From Acidimicrobiales bacterium (GTDB taxonomy: Bacteria; Actinomycetota; Acidimicrobiia; Acidimicrobiales; CADCSY01): a stretch of DNA of 61,467 bases. A model generated the notes under the pieces. The model was not told the DNA's origin. It worked only from the letters and a program-made list of their open reading frames with translations, and did no database searches. The stretch covers positions 1 to 61,467 of the forward strand of contig DATMJI010000035.1 of the NCBI GenBank assembly GCA_035553895.1, read 5' to 3'. Below are positions 24,068-32,713 of this stretch, in pieces. The position numbers and the translations under genes were made by a program. Within the stretch, counting starts at the first letter, position 1, and each line of letters opens with the position of its first letter.

Positions 24068-25711
24068 GTGGACGACCGCAGCGATCTCGAGGCCAGCCGG
24101 CGAGCCCATGCCCGCCATGACTGGGCCGCGGCCCGCCGGGGGTTCCTGGCGGCCCAGGACCGGGCCGGACTCGCCCCTGACGACGCCGCCGGGCTGAGTG
24201 ACGCCGCCTGGTGGCTCGGGCGCATCGAGGAGTCCCTGGTGGCGGGGGAGGCGGCCTACCGCGGCTACCTCGACGAGGGCCGGCCCCGCCCGGCGGCCAT
24301 GGCGGCCATCTTCACGGCCGTCAACCTTTTCCTGCGGGGCGATGACGCCGAGGGTTCGGGCTGGATGGGCCGGGCCCAGCGCCTGCTCGACGGGGAGGAG
24401 GAAGGTCCCGAGCACGGCTACGTCCGGTACCTCCTCGGTGTGGAGGCCGCCCTCGACGGTCCCGACCTGGGCGCTGTAGTGGCAGCGGCGCAGGAGGTGC
24501 GGGCCATCGGCGAGCGCCACGGGGACCCTGACCTCGTCGCTCTGGCCACCGTCGGTGAGGGCCGGGCGCTGATCAGGCAGGGACGGGCGGCGGCGGGCAT
24601 GGCCCTGCTCGACGAGGCCATGGTGGCAGCCACGTCGGGGGAGCTGGCGCCCGAGTGGGCCGGGAACGTCTACTGCCACCTGATGGCCGCCTGCCACGAG
24701 CTGGCCGACCTCGCCCGGGGGGCGGCGTGGACCGATGCCACGGCCCGCTGGCTGGAGACCCTTCCGGCCGCGGTCCTCTTCACCGGCATCTGCCGAGTCC
24801 ACCGCTCCCAGATTCTCCAGGCCCAGGGGGCGTGGCCCCAGGCCGAGCGCGAGGCCACCCTGGTGTGCAGGGACCTGCGCCACATCCACCGCTCGGCGGC
24901 GGCCGAGGGCCACTACCAGCTGGGCGAGCTGCACCGGCTGCGAGGCGACCTGGCCGCCGCCGAGGCCGCCTACGCCTGCGCCCACGACCTGGGCCACGAT
25001 GCCCAGCCCGGGTTGGCCCTGCTGCGCCTGGCCCAGGGCCGGCCGGCAGCAGCGGCGGCGGCCGTCCGCACGGCGCTGGCGGCGTCGACCACCCCGCTCG
25101 CCACCTTCCCGCTGTCGGTGGCCCAGGTGGAGATCGCCCTCGACACCGGGGATCTCGACACCGCCGGGCAGGCCTGCCGCCGGCTGGAGGAGCTGGCCAC
25201 CACCTACGCCAGCCCGGGCATCGAGGTGGCGGCCCTCGAGGCCCGGGGCGCCCTGGCCCTGGCCCAGGGGCGGCCCGAGGAGGCGCTGGCCGACCTCCGC
25301 CAGGCGTGCCGCCGCTGGCGGTCCCTCGGTGCTCCCTTCGACGGCGCCCTGGCCGGGGTACGCCTGGCCCGGGCGTGCCGGGCCCTGGGTGACGTGGACA
25401 CCGCCGGGCGGGAGCTCGACGCCGCCGCGCAGATCTTCGAGGCCCTGGGGGCGCAGGCCCAGCTGCAGCGGGTGCGGGATCTCCGGGAGCCGCCGGCGAT
25501 GCCGGGCGGGCTGACCGGCCGGGAGGTGGAGGTGCTGGCCCTGGTCGCCGCCGGCCACACCAACCGCCAGGTGGCGGACTCGTTGACCATCAGCGAGCGG
25601 ACCGTTGGCCGCCACCTGTCCAACATCTTCGTCAAACTCGGCGTCTCCTCCCGCACGGCGGCAGCCGCCTTCGCCTACGAGCACGGGCTGGTTCCGCCGG
25701 CCGGTGGGTAG
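24068..25711 (+). CDS. LuxR-family transcriptional regulator with a TPR-like sensor domain
   Basis: The C-terminal HTH is GLTGREVEVLALVAAGHTNRQVADSLTISERTVGRHLSNIFVKLGV. The GTG start at 24068 was chosen to avoid overlap with the divergent NifU gene; the ORF is open from 23921. Confidence 0.8.
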   Translation: MDDRSDLEASRRAHARHDWAAARRGFLAAQDRAGLAPDDAAGLSDAAWWLGRIEESLVAGEAAYRGYLDEGRPRPAAMAAIFTAVNLFLRGDDAEGSGWMGRAQRLLDGEEEGPEHGYVRYLLGVEAALDGPDLGAVVAAAQEVRAIGERHGDPDLVALATVGEGRALIRQGRAAAGMALLDEAMVAATSGELAPEWAGNVYCHLMAACHELADLARGAAWTDATARWLETLPAAVLFTGICRVHRSQILQAQGAWPQAEREATLVCRDLRHIHRSAAAEGHYQLGELHRLRGDLAAAEAAYACAHDLGHDAQPGLALLRLAQGRPAAAAAAVRTALAASTTPLATFPLSVAQVEIALDTGDLDTAGQACRRLEELATTYASPGIEVAALEARGALALAQGRPEEALADLRQACRRWRSLGAPFDGALAGVRLARACRALGDVDTAGRELDAAAQIFEALGAQAQLQRVRDLREPPAMPGGLTGREVEVLALVAAGHTNRQVADSLTISERTVGRHLSNIFVKLGVSSRTAAAAFAYEHGLVPPAGG

Positions 25712-25790
25712 ATCTGCCCATGCCCCCACCCACCGGGTTGCAGCGTTCGCCCGATGACGGCCCCGCCGCCGATCCCTAGCGTTCGGCGTG

Positions 25791-25802
25791 GTTCCCGGGA
25801 AC
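25791..25802. promoter_or_regulatory. Perfect 12-bp palindrome GTTCCCGGGAAC, 33 nt upstream of the methyltransferase start (candidate operator)
   Basis: Read directly from the sequence. It sits between the LuxR stop and the methyltransferase RBS. Confidence 0.3.
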
Positions 25803-25834
25803 GGTCCCGGGCAGGGGAAGGAGAGGTGTCGGCC

Positions 25835-26929
25835 ATGAACGTCGAGGTGGCGCAGGAACGGGTGAGCATCGATGAGGCGGCGGTGGAGGCGTTCGCCGGG
25901 CGGCTTTTCGACGTCTACGCCGGCGGCATGCTCACCCTGATGGTCGACTTCGGGTGGCGCAGCGGGCTCTTCGACGGCCTGGCCGCCGGCCCCGGCACCA
26001 GCGAGGATCTGGCGCAGCGGGCCGGCATCGCCGAGCGCTACGCCCGGGAGTGCCTGGGATCGCTGGTGACGGGCGGGCTGGTCGGCTACCAGCCGGCCAC
26101 CGGGACGTATTCGCTGCCCGCCGAGCACGCCCTGTGCCTGGCCGGGGAGGGCTCGAGCAACCTGGCGCCCCTCAGCCGCATCACCACCCTGCTGGCCAAG
26201 CACGTGGACGGCGTCCTCGACGCCGCCCGCACCGGGAGCGGGGTCCCCTACGAGGCCTTCCGTCCCGAGTTCACCGGCGTCATGGACGCCATCTCCCGGG
26301 GAGCCCTCGACGGCCAGCTCCTCGACGGCATCCTCCCGCTGGTGGCGGGCCTCGTCGACCGCCTGGACGCCGGCATCCGGGTGGCCGACGTCGGTTGCGG
26401 CACCGGCCACGCCGTGAACCTCATGGCCCAGGCCTTCCCCCGGTCGACCTTCGTCGGCTACGACCTGGCGCCCGACGCCATCGAGGCGGCCACCGCCGAG
26501 GCCGCCGGGCTGGGCCTGGCCAACGTCTCCTTCGAGGTCCTCGACGTGGCCGCCCTGCCTGGTGACCCACCCTTCGGTGCCGTCTTCGCCTTCGACGCCA
26601 TCCACGACCAGGTCGATCCCGCCGGCGTCCTGGCGGGTGTCCACGCCGCCCTGGTCCCGGGGGGAACCTTCGTGATGCTCGACATCAAGGCGTCGAGCGA
26701 GCTCGAGGGCAACCGCACCAACCCGCTCGCCCCCTGGCTCTACGGCGTCAGCACACTGCACTGCATGACGGTTTCGCTGGCCCACGGCGGCGCCGGCCTG
26801 GGCACGGTGTGGGGGGAGCAGCGGGCCCGGGCCCTGCTGGCCGAGGCCGGGTTCGTCGGCATCGAGGTGCTCGACGTCCCCGACGACCCCCTCGACTCGC
26901 TGTACGTGTGCCGCACCCCCGGCCCCTGA
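25835..26929 (+). CDS. Class I SAM-dependent methyltransferase
   Basis: The ATG at 25835 is preceded by GGAAGGAGAGG. Motif I is VADVGCGTGHAV, and FAFDAIHD lies further downstream. Confidence 0.8.
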   Translation: MNVEVAQERVSIDEAAVEAFAGRLFDVYAGGMLTLMVDFGWRSGLFDGLAAGPGTSEDLAQRAGIAERYARECLGSLVTGGLVGYQPATGTYSLPAEHALCLAGEGSSNLAPLSRITTLLAKHVDGVLDAARTGSGVPYEAFRPEFTGVMDAISRGALDGQLLDGILPLVAGLVDRLDAGIRVADVGCGTGHAVNLMAQAFPRSTFVGYDLAPDAIEAATAEAAGLGLANVSFEVLDVAALPGDPPFGAVFAFDAIHDQVDPAGVLAGVHAALVPGGTFVMLDIKASSELEGNRTNPLAPWLYGVSTLHCMTVSLAHGGAGLGTVWGEQRARALLAEAGFVGIEVLDVPDDPLDSLYVCRTPGP

Positions 26930-26945
26930 CCGGGTCCACCCCGAG

Positions 26946-27016
26946 AGCGGGCGACGGGTGTCGAACCCGCGTCACCAGCTTGGAAGGCTGGAGCTCTACC
27001 GTTGAGCTACGCCCGC
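26946..27016 (-). tRNA. tRNA-Gly (anticodon TCC)
   Basis: The reverse complement GCGGGCGTAGCTCAACGGTAGAGCTCCAGCCTTCCAAGCTGGTGACGCGGGTTCGACACCCGTCGCCCGCT folds as a cloverleaf with anticodon loop CTTCCAA. CCA is not encoded. Confidence 0.9.
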
Positions 27017-27043
27017 GAGGCTCCTGAGGCTAGCCCCGCCCGC

Positions 27044-27091
27044 CTTTGTGTGCACGAAACCAAGCTATGAGGTGGGTTCGTGCACACAAAG
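27044..27091. repeat. Perfect 15-bp inverted repeat (18-nt loop) in the spacer between the two tRNA genes
   Basis: ctttgtgtgcacgaa (27044..27058) pairs with ttcgtgcacacaaag (27077..27091), extended by GC-rich flanks cccgcc and ggcggg. Confidence 0.75.
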
Positions 27092-27114
27092 TCCGGCGGG
27101 AGGACGGCGTCGGC

Positions 27115-27186
27115 GTCGGGGAGACGGGATTTGAACCCGCGACCTCCTGCTCCCAAAGCAGGTGCGCTGCCGCTGCGCCACTCCCC
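27115..27186 (-). tRNA. tRNA-Pro (anticodon TGG)
   Basis: The reverse complement CGGGGAGTGGCGCAGCGGCAGCGCACCTGCTTTGGGAGCAGGAGGTCGCGGGTTCAAATCCCGTCTCCCCGA folds as a cloverleaf with anticodon loop TTTGGGA. Confidence 0.9.
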
Positions 27187-27248
27187 GGGCACCTCGCAGG
27201 ATAGGTCGGTCTGGGACGTCCCGCCCGCCCGTTACACTGCCCACCTTG

Positions 27249-28670
27249 GTGCGGACCACTGTCGAGCCCCTCGAGGGCAACCGGGTCAAGCTCATGGTCG
27301 AAGTGGACGAGGCCGAGTTTGAGCGAGCCCTCGACGCCGCTTTCCGGCGCATCGCCCGGGAGGCCCGCATCCCCGGTTTCCGGCCCGGCAAGGCCCCCCG
27401 GCGCCTGCTCGAGGCCCGCATCGGCACGGAGATCGCCCGGGAGGAGGCTCTGCGGGAGTCCCTGCCCGGCTACTACGAGCAGGCCCTCACCGAGAGCTCG
27501 GTGGATGCCATCGCCTCGCCCGAGATCGACATCACCGCCGGCAAGGACGCCGGCCCGGTGGCCTTCGACGCCGTGGTGGAGGTCCGGCCCAAGGTGAGCG
27601 TGCCCGGCTACGCCAGCCTGCGGGTCACCATCCCCGATCCCCGGGTCAGCGACGAGGAGGTCGACGCCCAACTCGAGCGCCTGCGGGCCCAGTTCGGCGA
27701 GCTCGAGGTGGTCAACCGCCCGGCGCTCGACGGTGACCACGTCACCATCGACATCTCCGGATCGCTGGGGGGCGAGGCCATGGAGGGCCTCACCGCCGAC
27801 GACTACCTCTACGAGGTGGGCAGCGAGGCCATCGTGGCCGACGTCGACCGCCACCTCCGGGGGGCCAAGGTGGGCGACATTCTGGTCTTCGACGTGGAGC
27901 ACCCCGACGTCGGCGAGCACCGCCGCATCGCCATGCGGGTCCTGGTCAAGGAGATCAAGCAGAAGGTCCTGCCCGACATCGACGACGAGTGGGCCAACGA
28001 GGCCTCGGAGTTCGAGACGGTGGCCGAGCTGCGCGATCACCTGCGAGCGCGCCTGGCCGAGATCAAGCCGGCCCAGAGCCGGGCCGCCCTGGAGGACGGC
28101 ACCCTGGCGGCTCTGGTGGAACTGGTCGACGAGGAGCCACCGGCCTCGCTGGTCGACGCCGAGCTCGAGCGCCAGGTTCAGCAGCTGGCCTTTCGCCTCC
28201 AGTCCCAGGGCGTCTCCCTGGAGGACTACCTCGAGGCGTCGGGGCGCAGCGGCGAGGAATTGACCGACCAGCTCCGGGAGCGCGCCGGCAACGCCGTGGT
28301 CGCCGACCTGGGCTTGCGAGCGGTGGCCGAGGCCGAGTCCATCGAGGTCTCCGACGACGACCTCGACGCCGAGATCCACCGCCTGGCCCACCAGGTGGGG
28401 GAGAAGCCCGCCGCCCTGCGCCGGCGCTTCGAGCGCGCCGACGGGCTCGGGGCGGTACGCTCAGACGTCGAGAAGTCCAAGGCGCTCACGTGGCTCATCG
28501 ACCACGCCGAGATCGTCGACGAGGAGGGCCGGCCCATCGATCGAGCCGACCTGGACGCGCCCGGCGATCACGTCGCCGGCGACGGCGACGCCCGGTCCAC
28601 GGGTGACGAGGACGAGAGCGACCATCCCGACCACGAACCTCCGGCGACGTCCGAGGAGCAGAGCGCATGA
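27249..28670 (+). CDS. tig: Trigger factor
   Basis: [55 protein letters not shown] is a canonical Tig N-terminus. The start is the GTG at 27249 or the TTG at 27246. Confidence 0.9.
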   Translation: MRTTVEPLEGNRVKLMVEVDEAEFERALDAAFRRIAREARIPGFRPGKAPRRLLEARIGTEIAREEALRESLPGYYEQALTESSVDAIASPEIDITAGKDAGPVAFDAVVEVRPKVSVPGYASLRVTIPDPRVSDEEVDAQLERLRAQFGELEVVNRPALDGDHVTIDISGSLGGEAMEGLTADDYLYEVGSEAIVADVDRHLRGAKVGDILVFDVEHPDVGEHRRIAMRVLVKEIKQKVLPDIDDEWANEASEFETVAELRDHLRARLAEIKPAQSRAALEDGTLAALVELVDEEPPASLVDAELERQVQQLAFRLQSQGVSLEDYLEASGRSGEELTDQLRERAGNAVVADLGLRAVAEAESIEVSDDDLDAEIHRLAHQVGEKPAALRRRFERADGLGAVRSDVEKSKALTWLIDHAEIVDEEGRPIDRADLDAPGDHVAGDGDARSTGDEDESDHPDHEPPATSEEQSA

Positions 28671-29350
28671 CCGATCCGATCCGGACCCAGGCCCGGCTGG
28701 CAGGTGGCGAGCGGGGCCTGCAGGCCCTCAACTACCTGGTGCCCACCGTGGTGGAGCAGACCAACCGGGGGGAGCGGGCCTTCGACCTGTACTCCCGGCT
28801 GCTCAAGGAGAACATCATCTTCCTGGCCACGCCCATCGACGACACCGTCGCCAACCTGATCGTGGCCCAGCTCCTGCACCTCGAGTCCGAAGATGCCGAC
28901 AAGGACATCAGCCTCTACATCAACTCGCCCGGGGGCGACATCACCGCCCTCTTCGCCATCTACGACACCATGCAGTACATCAAGCCCGACGTGACCACCT
29001 TGTGCTTCGGCCAGGCGGCGTCGGCGGCGGCGGTCCTGCTGGCGGCGGGCACCAAGGGCAAGCGCCTGGCGCTGCCCCGGGCCCGCATCATCATCCACCA
29101 GCCCTACGGCCAGGCCATCGGCCAGGCGGCCGACATCGAGCTGGCGGCCAAGGAGATCGACCGGATGCGGACCATGCTCGAGGAGATGCTGGCCGAGCAC
29201 ACCGGCCAGCCCATCGAGAAGGTGCACAAGGACACCGATCGCGACTTCGTGATGTCCGCCGAGGAGGCCAAGGCCTACGGCATCATCGACGAGGTGCTCA
29301 GCGTACGGGAGTCTGCAGCGGCGACGGCGATCGCATCGGCCGGCGCGTAG
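28667..29350 (+). CDS. clpP: ATP-dependent Clp protease proteolytic subunit
   Basis: Carries [20 protein letters not shown]...[41 protein letters not shown]. It forms an ATGA overlap with the tig stop. Confidence 0.95.
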   Translation: MTDPIRTQARLAGGERGLQALNYLVPTVVEQTNRGERAFDLYSRLLKENIIFLATPIDDTVANLIVAQLLHLESEDADKDISLYINSPGGDITALFAIYDTMQYIKPDVTTLCFGQAASAAAVLLAAGTKGKRLALPRARIIIHQPYGQAIGQAADIELAAKEIDRMRTMLEEMLAEHTGQPIEKVHKDTDRDFVMSAEEAKAYGIIDEVLSVRESAAATAIASAGA

Positions 29351-29387
29351 GCGACGGACTTCGACGACGGGACCGGGGGAACAGCAC

Positions 29388-30665
29388 ATGGCGAGGATCG
29401 GCGACGGAGGCGGCGAGCTGTTGAAGTGCTCGTTCTGCGGCAAGTCCCAAAAGCAGGTCAAGAAGCTCATCGCCGGGCCCGGCGTCTACATCTGCGACGA
29501 GTGCATCGACCTGTGCAACGAGATCATCGAAGAGGAGCTCTCCGACACCGCCGAGCTCCACTTCGACGAGCTGCCCAAGCCCAAGGACATCAACAAGTTC
29601 CTCGACGACTACATCGTGGGCCAGACCCATGCCAAGAAGATCCTCTCGGTGGCCGTCTACAACCACTACAAGCGGGTGCAGGTGGGCAGCGGTGCCGACG
29701 CCGACGTGGAGCTGGCCAAGTCCAACATCTTGCTCCTCGGGCCCACCGGCTGCGGCAAGACGCTGCTGGCCCAGACCCTGGCCCGGATGCTCAACGTGCC
29801 CTTCGCCATCGCCGATGCCACCGCCCTCACCGAGGCCGGCTACGTGGGCGAGGACGTCGAGAACATCCTGCTCAAGCTCATCCAGGCCGCCGACTACGAC
29901 GTCAAGAAGGCGGAGACGGGGATCATCTACATCGACGAGATCGACAAGGTGGCCCGCAAGTCGGAGAACCCCTCGATCACCCGGGACGTGTCGGGCGAGG
30001 GCGTGCAACAGGCCCTGCTCAAAATCCTGGAGGGGACCACGGCCTCGGTGCCACCCCAGGGGGGGCGCAAGCACCCCCACCAGGAGTTCATCCAGATCGA
30101 CACCACCAACATCTTGTTCATCTGCGGTGGGGCCTTCGCCGGCCTGGAGAAGATCATCGAGTCCCGCGTCGGTCGTAAGGGTGTCGGCTTCGGTGCCGAC
30201 GTGCGCCGCTCCGGCGACAAGGAGGTCGGTGAGGTCCTGGCCCAGGTGCTTCCCGAGGACCTGTTGCGCTTCGGCCTTATCCCGGAGTTCATCGGCCGCC
30301 TGCCGGTCATCGGCGCCGTGTCCAGCCTCGACTCCGACGCCCTGGTGTCCATCCTGGTGGAGCCCAAGAACGCTCTGGTCAAGCAGTACCAGCGCATGTT
30401 CCAGTTCGAGGAGGTGGAGCTGGAGTTCTCCTCCGACGCCCTCGAGGCTGTGGCCGAGCAGGCCCTGTTGCGGGGGACGGGTGCCCGCGGGCTGCGGGCC
30501 ATCCTCGAAGAGGTGCTGCTGCACGTCATGTACGACCTGCCCAGCGCCACCGACGTGGGCCGCTGCGTGATCGACCGCCAGGTGGTCCAGGACAAGGTCA
30601 ATCCCACCCTGGTGCCCCGCTCCGGCTCGACCCGTTCGCAACGGCCGCGGCGCGCCGCCAGCTGA
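29388..30665 (+). CDS. clpX: ATP-dependent Clp protease ATP-binding subunit ClpX
   Basis: Has the zinc-finger [27 protein letters not shown], the Walker [18 protein letters not shown] and [10 protein letters not shown]. Confidence 0.95.
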   Translation: MARIGDGGGELLKCSFCGKSQKQVKKLIAGPGVYICDECIDLCNEIIEEELSDTAELHFDELPKPKDINKFLDDYIVGQTHAKKILSVAVYNHYKRVQVGSGADADVELAKSNILLLGPTGCGKTLLAQTLARMLNVPFAIADATALTEAGYVGEDVENILLKLIQAADYDVKKAETGIIYIDEIDKVARKSENPSITRDVSGEGVQQALLKILEGTTASVPPQGGRKHPHQEFIQIDTTNILFICGGAFAGLEKIIESRVGRKGVGFGADVRRSGDKEVGEVLAQVLPEDLLRFGLIPEFIGRLPVIGAVSSLDSDALVSILVEPKNALVKQYQRMFQFEEVELEFSSDALEAVAEQALLRGTGARGLRAILEEVLLHVMYDLPSATDVGRCVIDRQVVQDKVNPTLVPRSGSTRSQRPRRAAS

Positions 30666-30729
30666 CTCTCGGGCGGCCCTCGCCACGGCGCTGGCTGCCC
30701 ACCCACAACCCGGCGACAGGAGGTCGGTG

Positions 30730-31329
30730 ATGCACAAGGCATGGAAGGGTGCGCTCGTGGGCGCGGCCGTCGGAGCAGCCGTCTCGGCCGCCAGGACCCC
30801 TCCGGCGCCGAGCGAGGGGGACGACGCCACGCCGCTGGGCGCCCGCCTGGCAAAAGGGGCAGCCGAGGGCGCGGTCCTCGGCGGCCTGCTCGGCTGGCTG
30901 CTGGCCTGGCGCGATGCCCGGCGGGCGGCCAAGGTCGCCGCCATGCGCAAGCGACCGTTGACGGCGGTCTCGGCCCTGGCCGACGCCGCCCGCCCGGCTG
31001 TGCACCGGGCCGCCGACCGGGCCGGCAAGGCGGCCAGCGACGTGGTGGAGTCGGCCCGCCCCCGCGTCCTCACCGCTGCCGAGGCGGCCCGGGAGCAGGC
31101 CCAGCGGGCGGCCGATGCGGCCCGCCCCCACGTGACCAGCGCCGCCGAGGCGGCCCGGGAACGGGCCCAGCGGGCGGCCGATGCGGCCCGCCCCCGTGTG
31201 GCCACCGCCGCCGAGGCGGCCCGCGAGCAGGCCCAGCGGGCGGCCCAGGGCGCCCGCCCCCACCTCGACGGGCTGGTGACCCGTGCCGGGGCCAACGGCC
31301 GCCAGGCGCCGGTCGTCGTTGCCGTCTAG
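30730..31329 (+). CDS. Hypothetical membrane-anchored protein with three 22-aa tandem repeats
   Basis: An AGGAGG sits 6 nt upstream of the ATG at 30730. The N-terminus has hydrophobic Gly/Ala segments. The unit [22 protein letters not shown] is repeated three times. Confidence 0.6.
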   Translation: MHKAWKGALVGAAVGAAVSAARTPPAPSEGDDATPLGARLAKGAAEGAVLGGLLGWLLAWRDARRAAKVAAMRKRPLTAVSALADAARPAVHRAADRAGKAASDVVESARPRVLTAAEAAREQAQRAADAARPHVTSAAEAARERAQRAADAARPRVATAAEAAREQAQRAAQGARPHLDGLVTRAGANGRQAPVVVAV

Positions 31330-32638
31330 CTCCCTGCGTCCAGCATTACCGGCGACCTACGAGGCGGCGCTGGCTTACCTCGACGACCACGTCAACCTCG
31401 AGGCGGTGGCGTCGGGGCGCTTCGAGGCGCCGACCCTGGAGCGCATGGAGCACCTCTGCACCCTGCTGGGCGATCCCCAGCACGACGCCCCGGTGGTGCA
31501 CGTCACCGGCACCAACGGCAAGGGTTCCACGGCTCGCCTCACCACCGCCCTGCTCCAGGCCCACGGCCTGGCCGTGGGCACCTACACCAGCCCCGACCTG
31601 GGTCGGGTCACCGAGCGCATCTCCCGCAACGGCGAGCCCATCGGCGAGGCCGACTTCACTGAGGCGGTGGCGGCGGTGGCAGCCACTGCCCACGCCGGCG
31701 GAATCGTCCCCTCCCGCTTCGAGATCCTCACCCTGGCCGCCCTGCGGTGGTTCGCCGACGTGGCCGTCGACGCCGCCGTGGTCGAGGTGGGCATGGGCGG
31801 GCGCTGGGACGCCACCAACGTGGTCGAGGCCGGGGTGGCGGTGGTCACCAACGTCGGGCTCGATCACACCGACGTGCTGGGACCGACCCGGGCCGACATC
31901 GCCGGGGAGAAAGCCGGCATCGTGGGGCCCAAGGCCACCCTGGTGCTGGGCGAGGCGGATCCTGCGCTGGCACCGATCTTCGAGGCGACCGGGCCCGGTG
32001 CCCTGTGGACCCGCCACCAGGACTTCGGCGTGCGGACCAACGACGTGGCCGTCGGTGGCCGCCTGGTCGACCTCTACACGCCCGGCGCCAGCTACGACCA
32101 GCTCTTCGTCCCCCTCCACGGCGCCCACCAGGGCGACAACGCCGCCGCCGCGGTGGCCGCCGCCGAGGCCTTCTTCGGCCGGCCCCTCGATCCCGAGGTG
32201 GTCCGCCAGGGCTTGGCCGGCGTGCAGGTGCCGGGCCGCTTCGAGGTGGTGGGGCGCCGGCCCCTGGTCGTGCTCGACGGTGCCCACAACCCCGACGGGT
32301 GCCGGGCCGCCGCCACCACCCTCGGCGACTTCTCCATCGCCGGCTCGCCGGTGCTGGTGGTGGGCATGAACCGGGGTCGCTCGCCGGCCGAGATGCTGGG
32401 CGCCCTGGAAGCCGCCCACGCCGGGCTGGTGGTGGCCTGCGCCGTGGACTGGCCCCGGGCCGTGCCCGCCGCTGAGGTGGCCGCCGCCGCCCGGGAGCTG
32501 GGGGCCGAGGTGGAGGTGGTCCCGGCGGTGGGCGAGGCGCTGTCCCGGGCTCTGGCGGTGGCCGGTCCCGACGACGCCGTGCTCGTCACCGGCTCCCTGC
32601 ATGTGGTGGGCGCCGCCCGCTCGGCACTGCGTCCCTGA
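31283..32638 (+). CDS. folC: Folylpolyglutamate synthase / dihydrofolate synthase
   Basis: Carries YEAALAYLDDHVNLE...VVHVTGTNGKGSTARL...GMGGRWDATNV...DGAHNPDG. The start is uncertain (GTG at 31283 or TTG at 31319). Confidence 0.85.
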   Translation: MPGPTAARRRSSLPSSSLRPALPATYEAALAYLDDHVNLEAVASGRFEAPTLERMEHLCTLLGDPQHDAPVVHVTGTNGKGSTARLTTALLQAHGLAVGTYTSPDLGRVTERISRNGEPIGEADFTEAVAAVAATAHAGGIVPSRFEILTLAALRWFADVAVDAAVVEVGMGGRWDATNVVEAGVAVVTNVGLDHTDVLGPTRADIAGEKAGIVGPKATLVLGEADPALAPIFEATGPGALWTRHQDFGVRTNDVAVGGRLVDLYTPGASYDQLFVPLHGAHQGDNAAAAVAAAEAFFGRPLDPEVVRQGLAGVQVPGRFEVVGRRPLVVLDGAHNPDGCRAAATTLGDFSIAGSPVLVVGMNRGRSPAEMLGALEAAHAGLVVACAVDWPRAVPAAEVAAAARELGAEVEVVPAVGEALSRALAVAGPDDAVLVTGSLHVVGAARSALRP

Positions 32639-32713
32639 GCGCCGCACCGGCCGGCCACGCCCCCCGCGCCGGACGCTCCCCGCCGAGCCGGGCTGGGCTA
32701 GGGTCGGCCCGCA

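Noticed and set aside
24056-26785. A 909-aa minus-strand ORF.
   Set aside because: It is antisense to the LuxR regulator and the SAM methyltransferase, both with clear motifs. Its sequence is a Gly/Arg/Pro-rich artefact.
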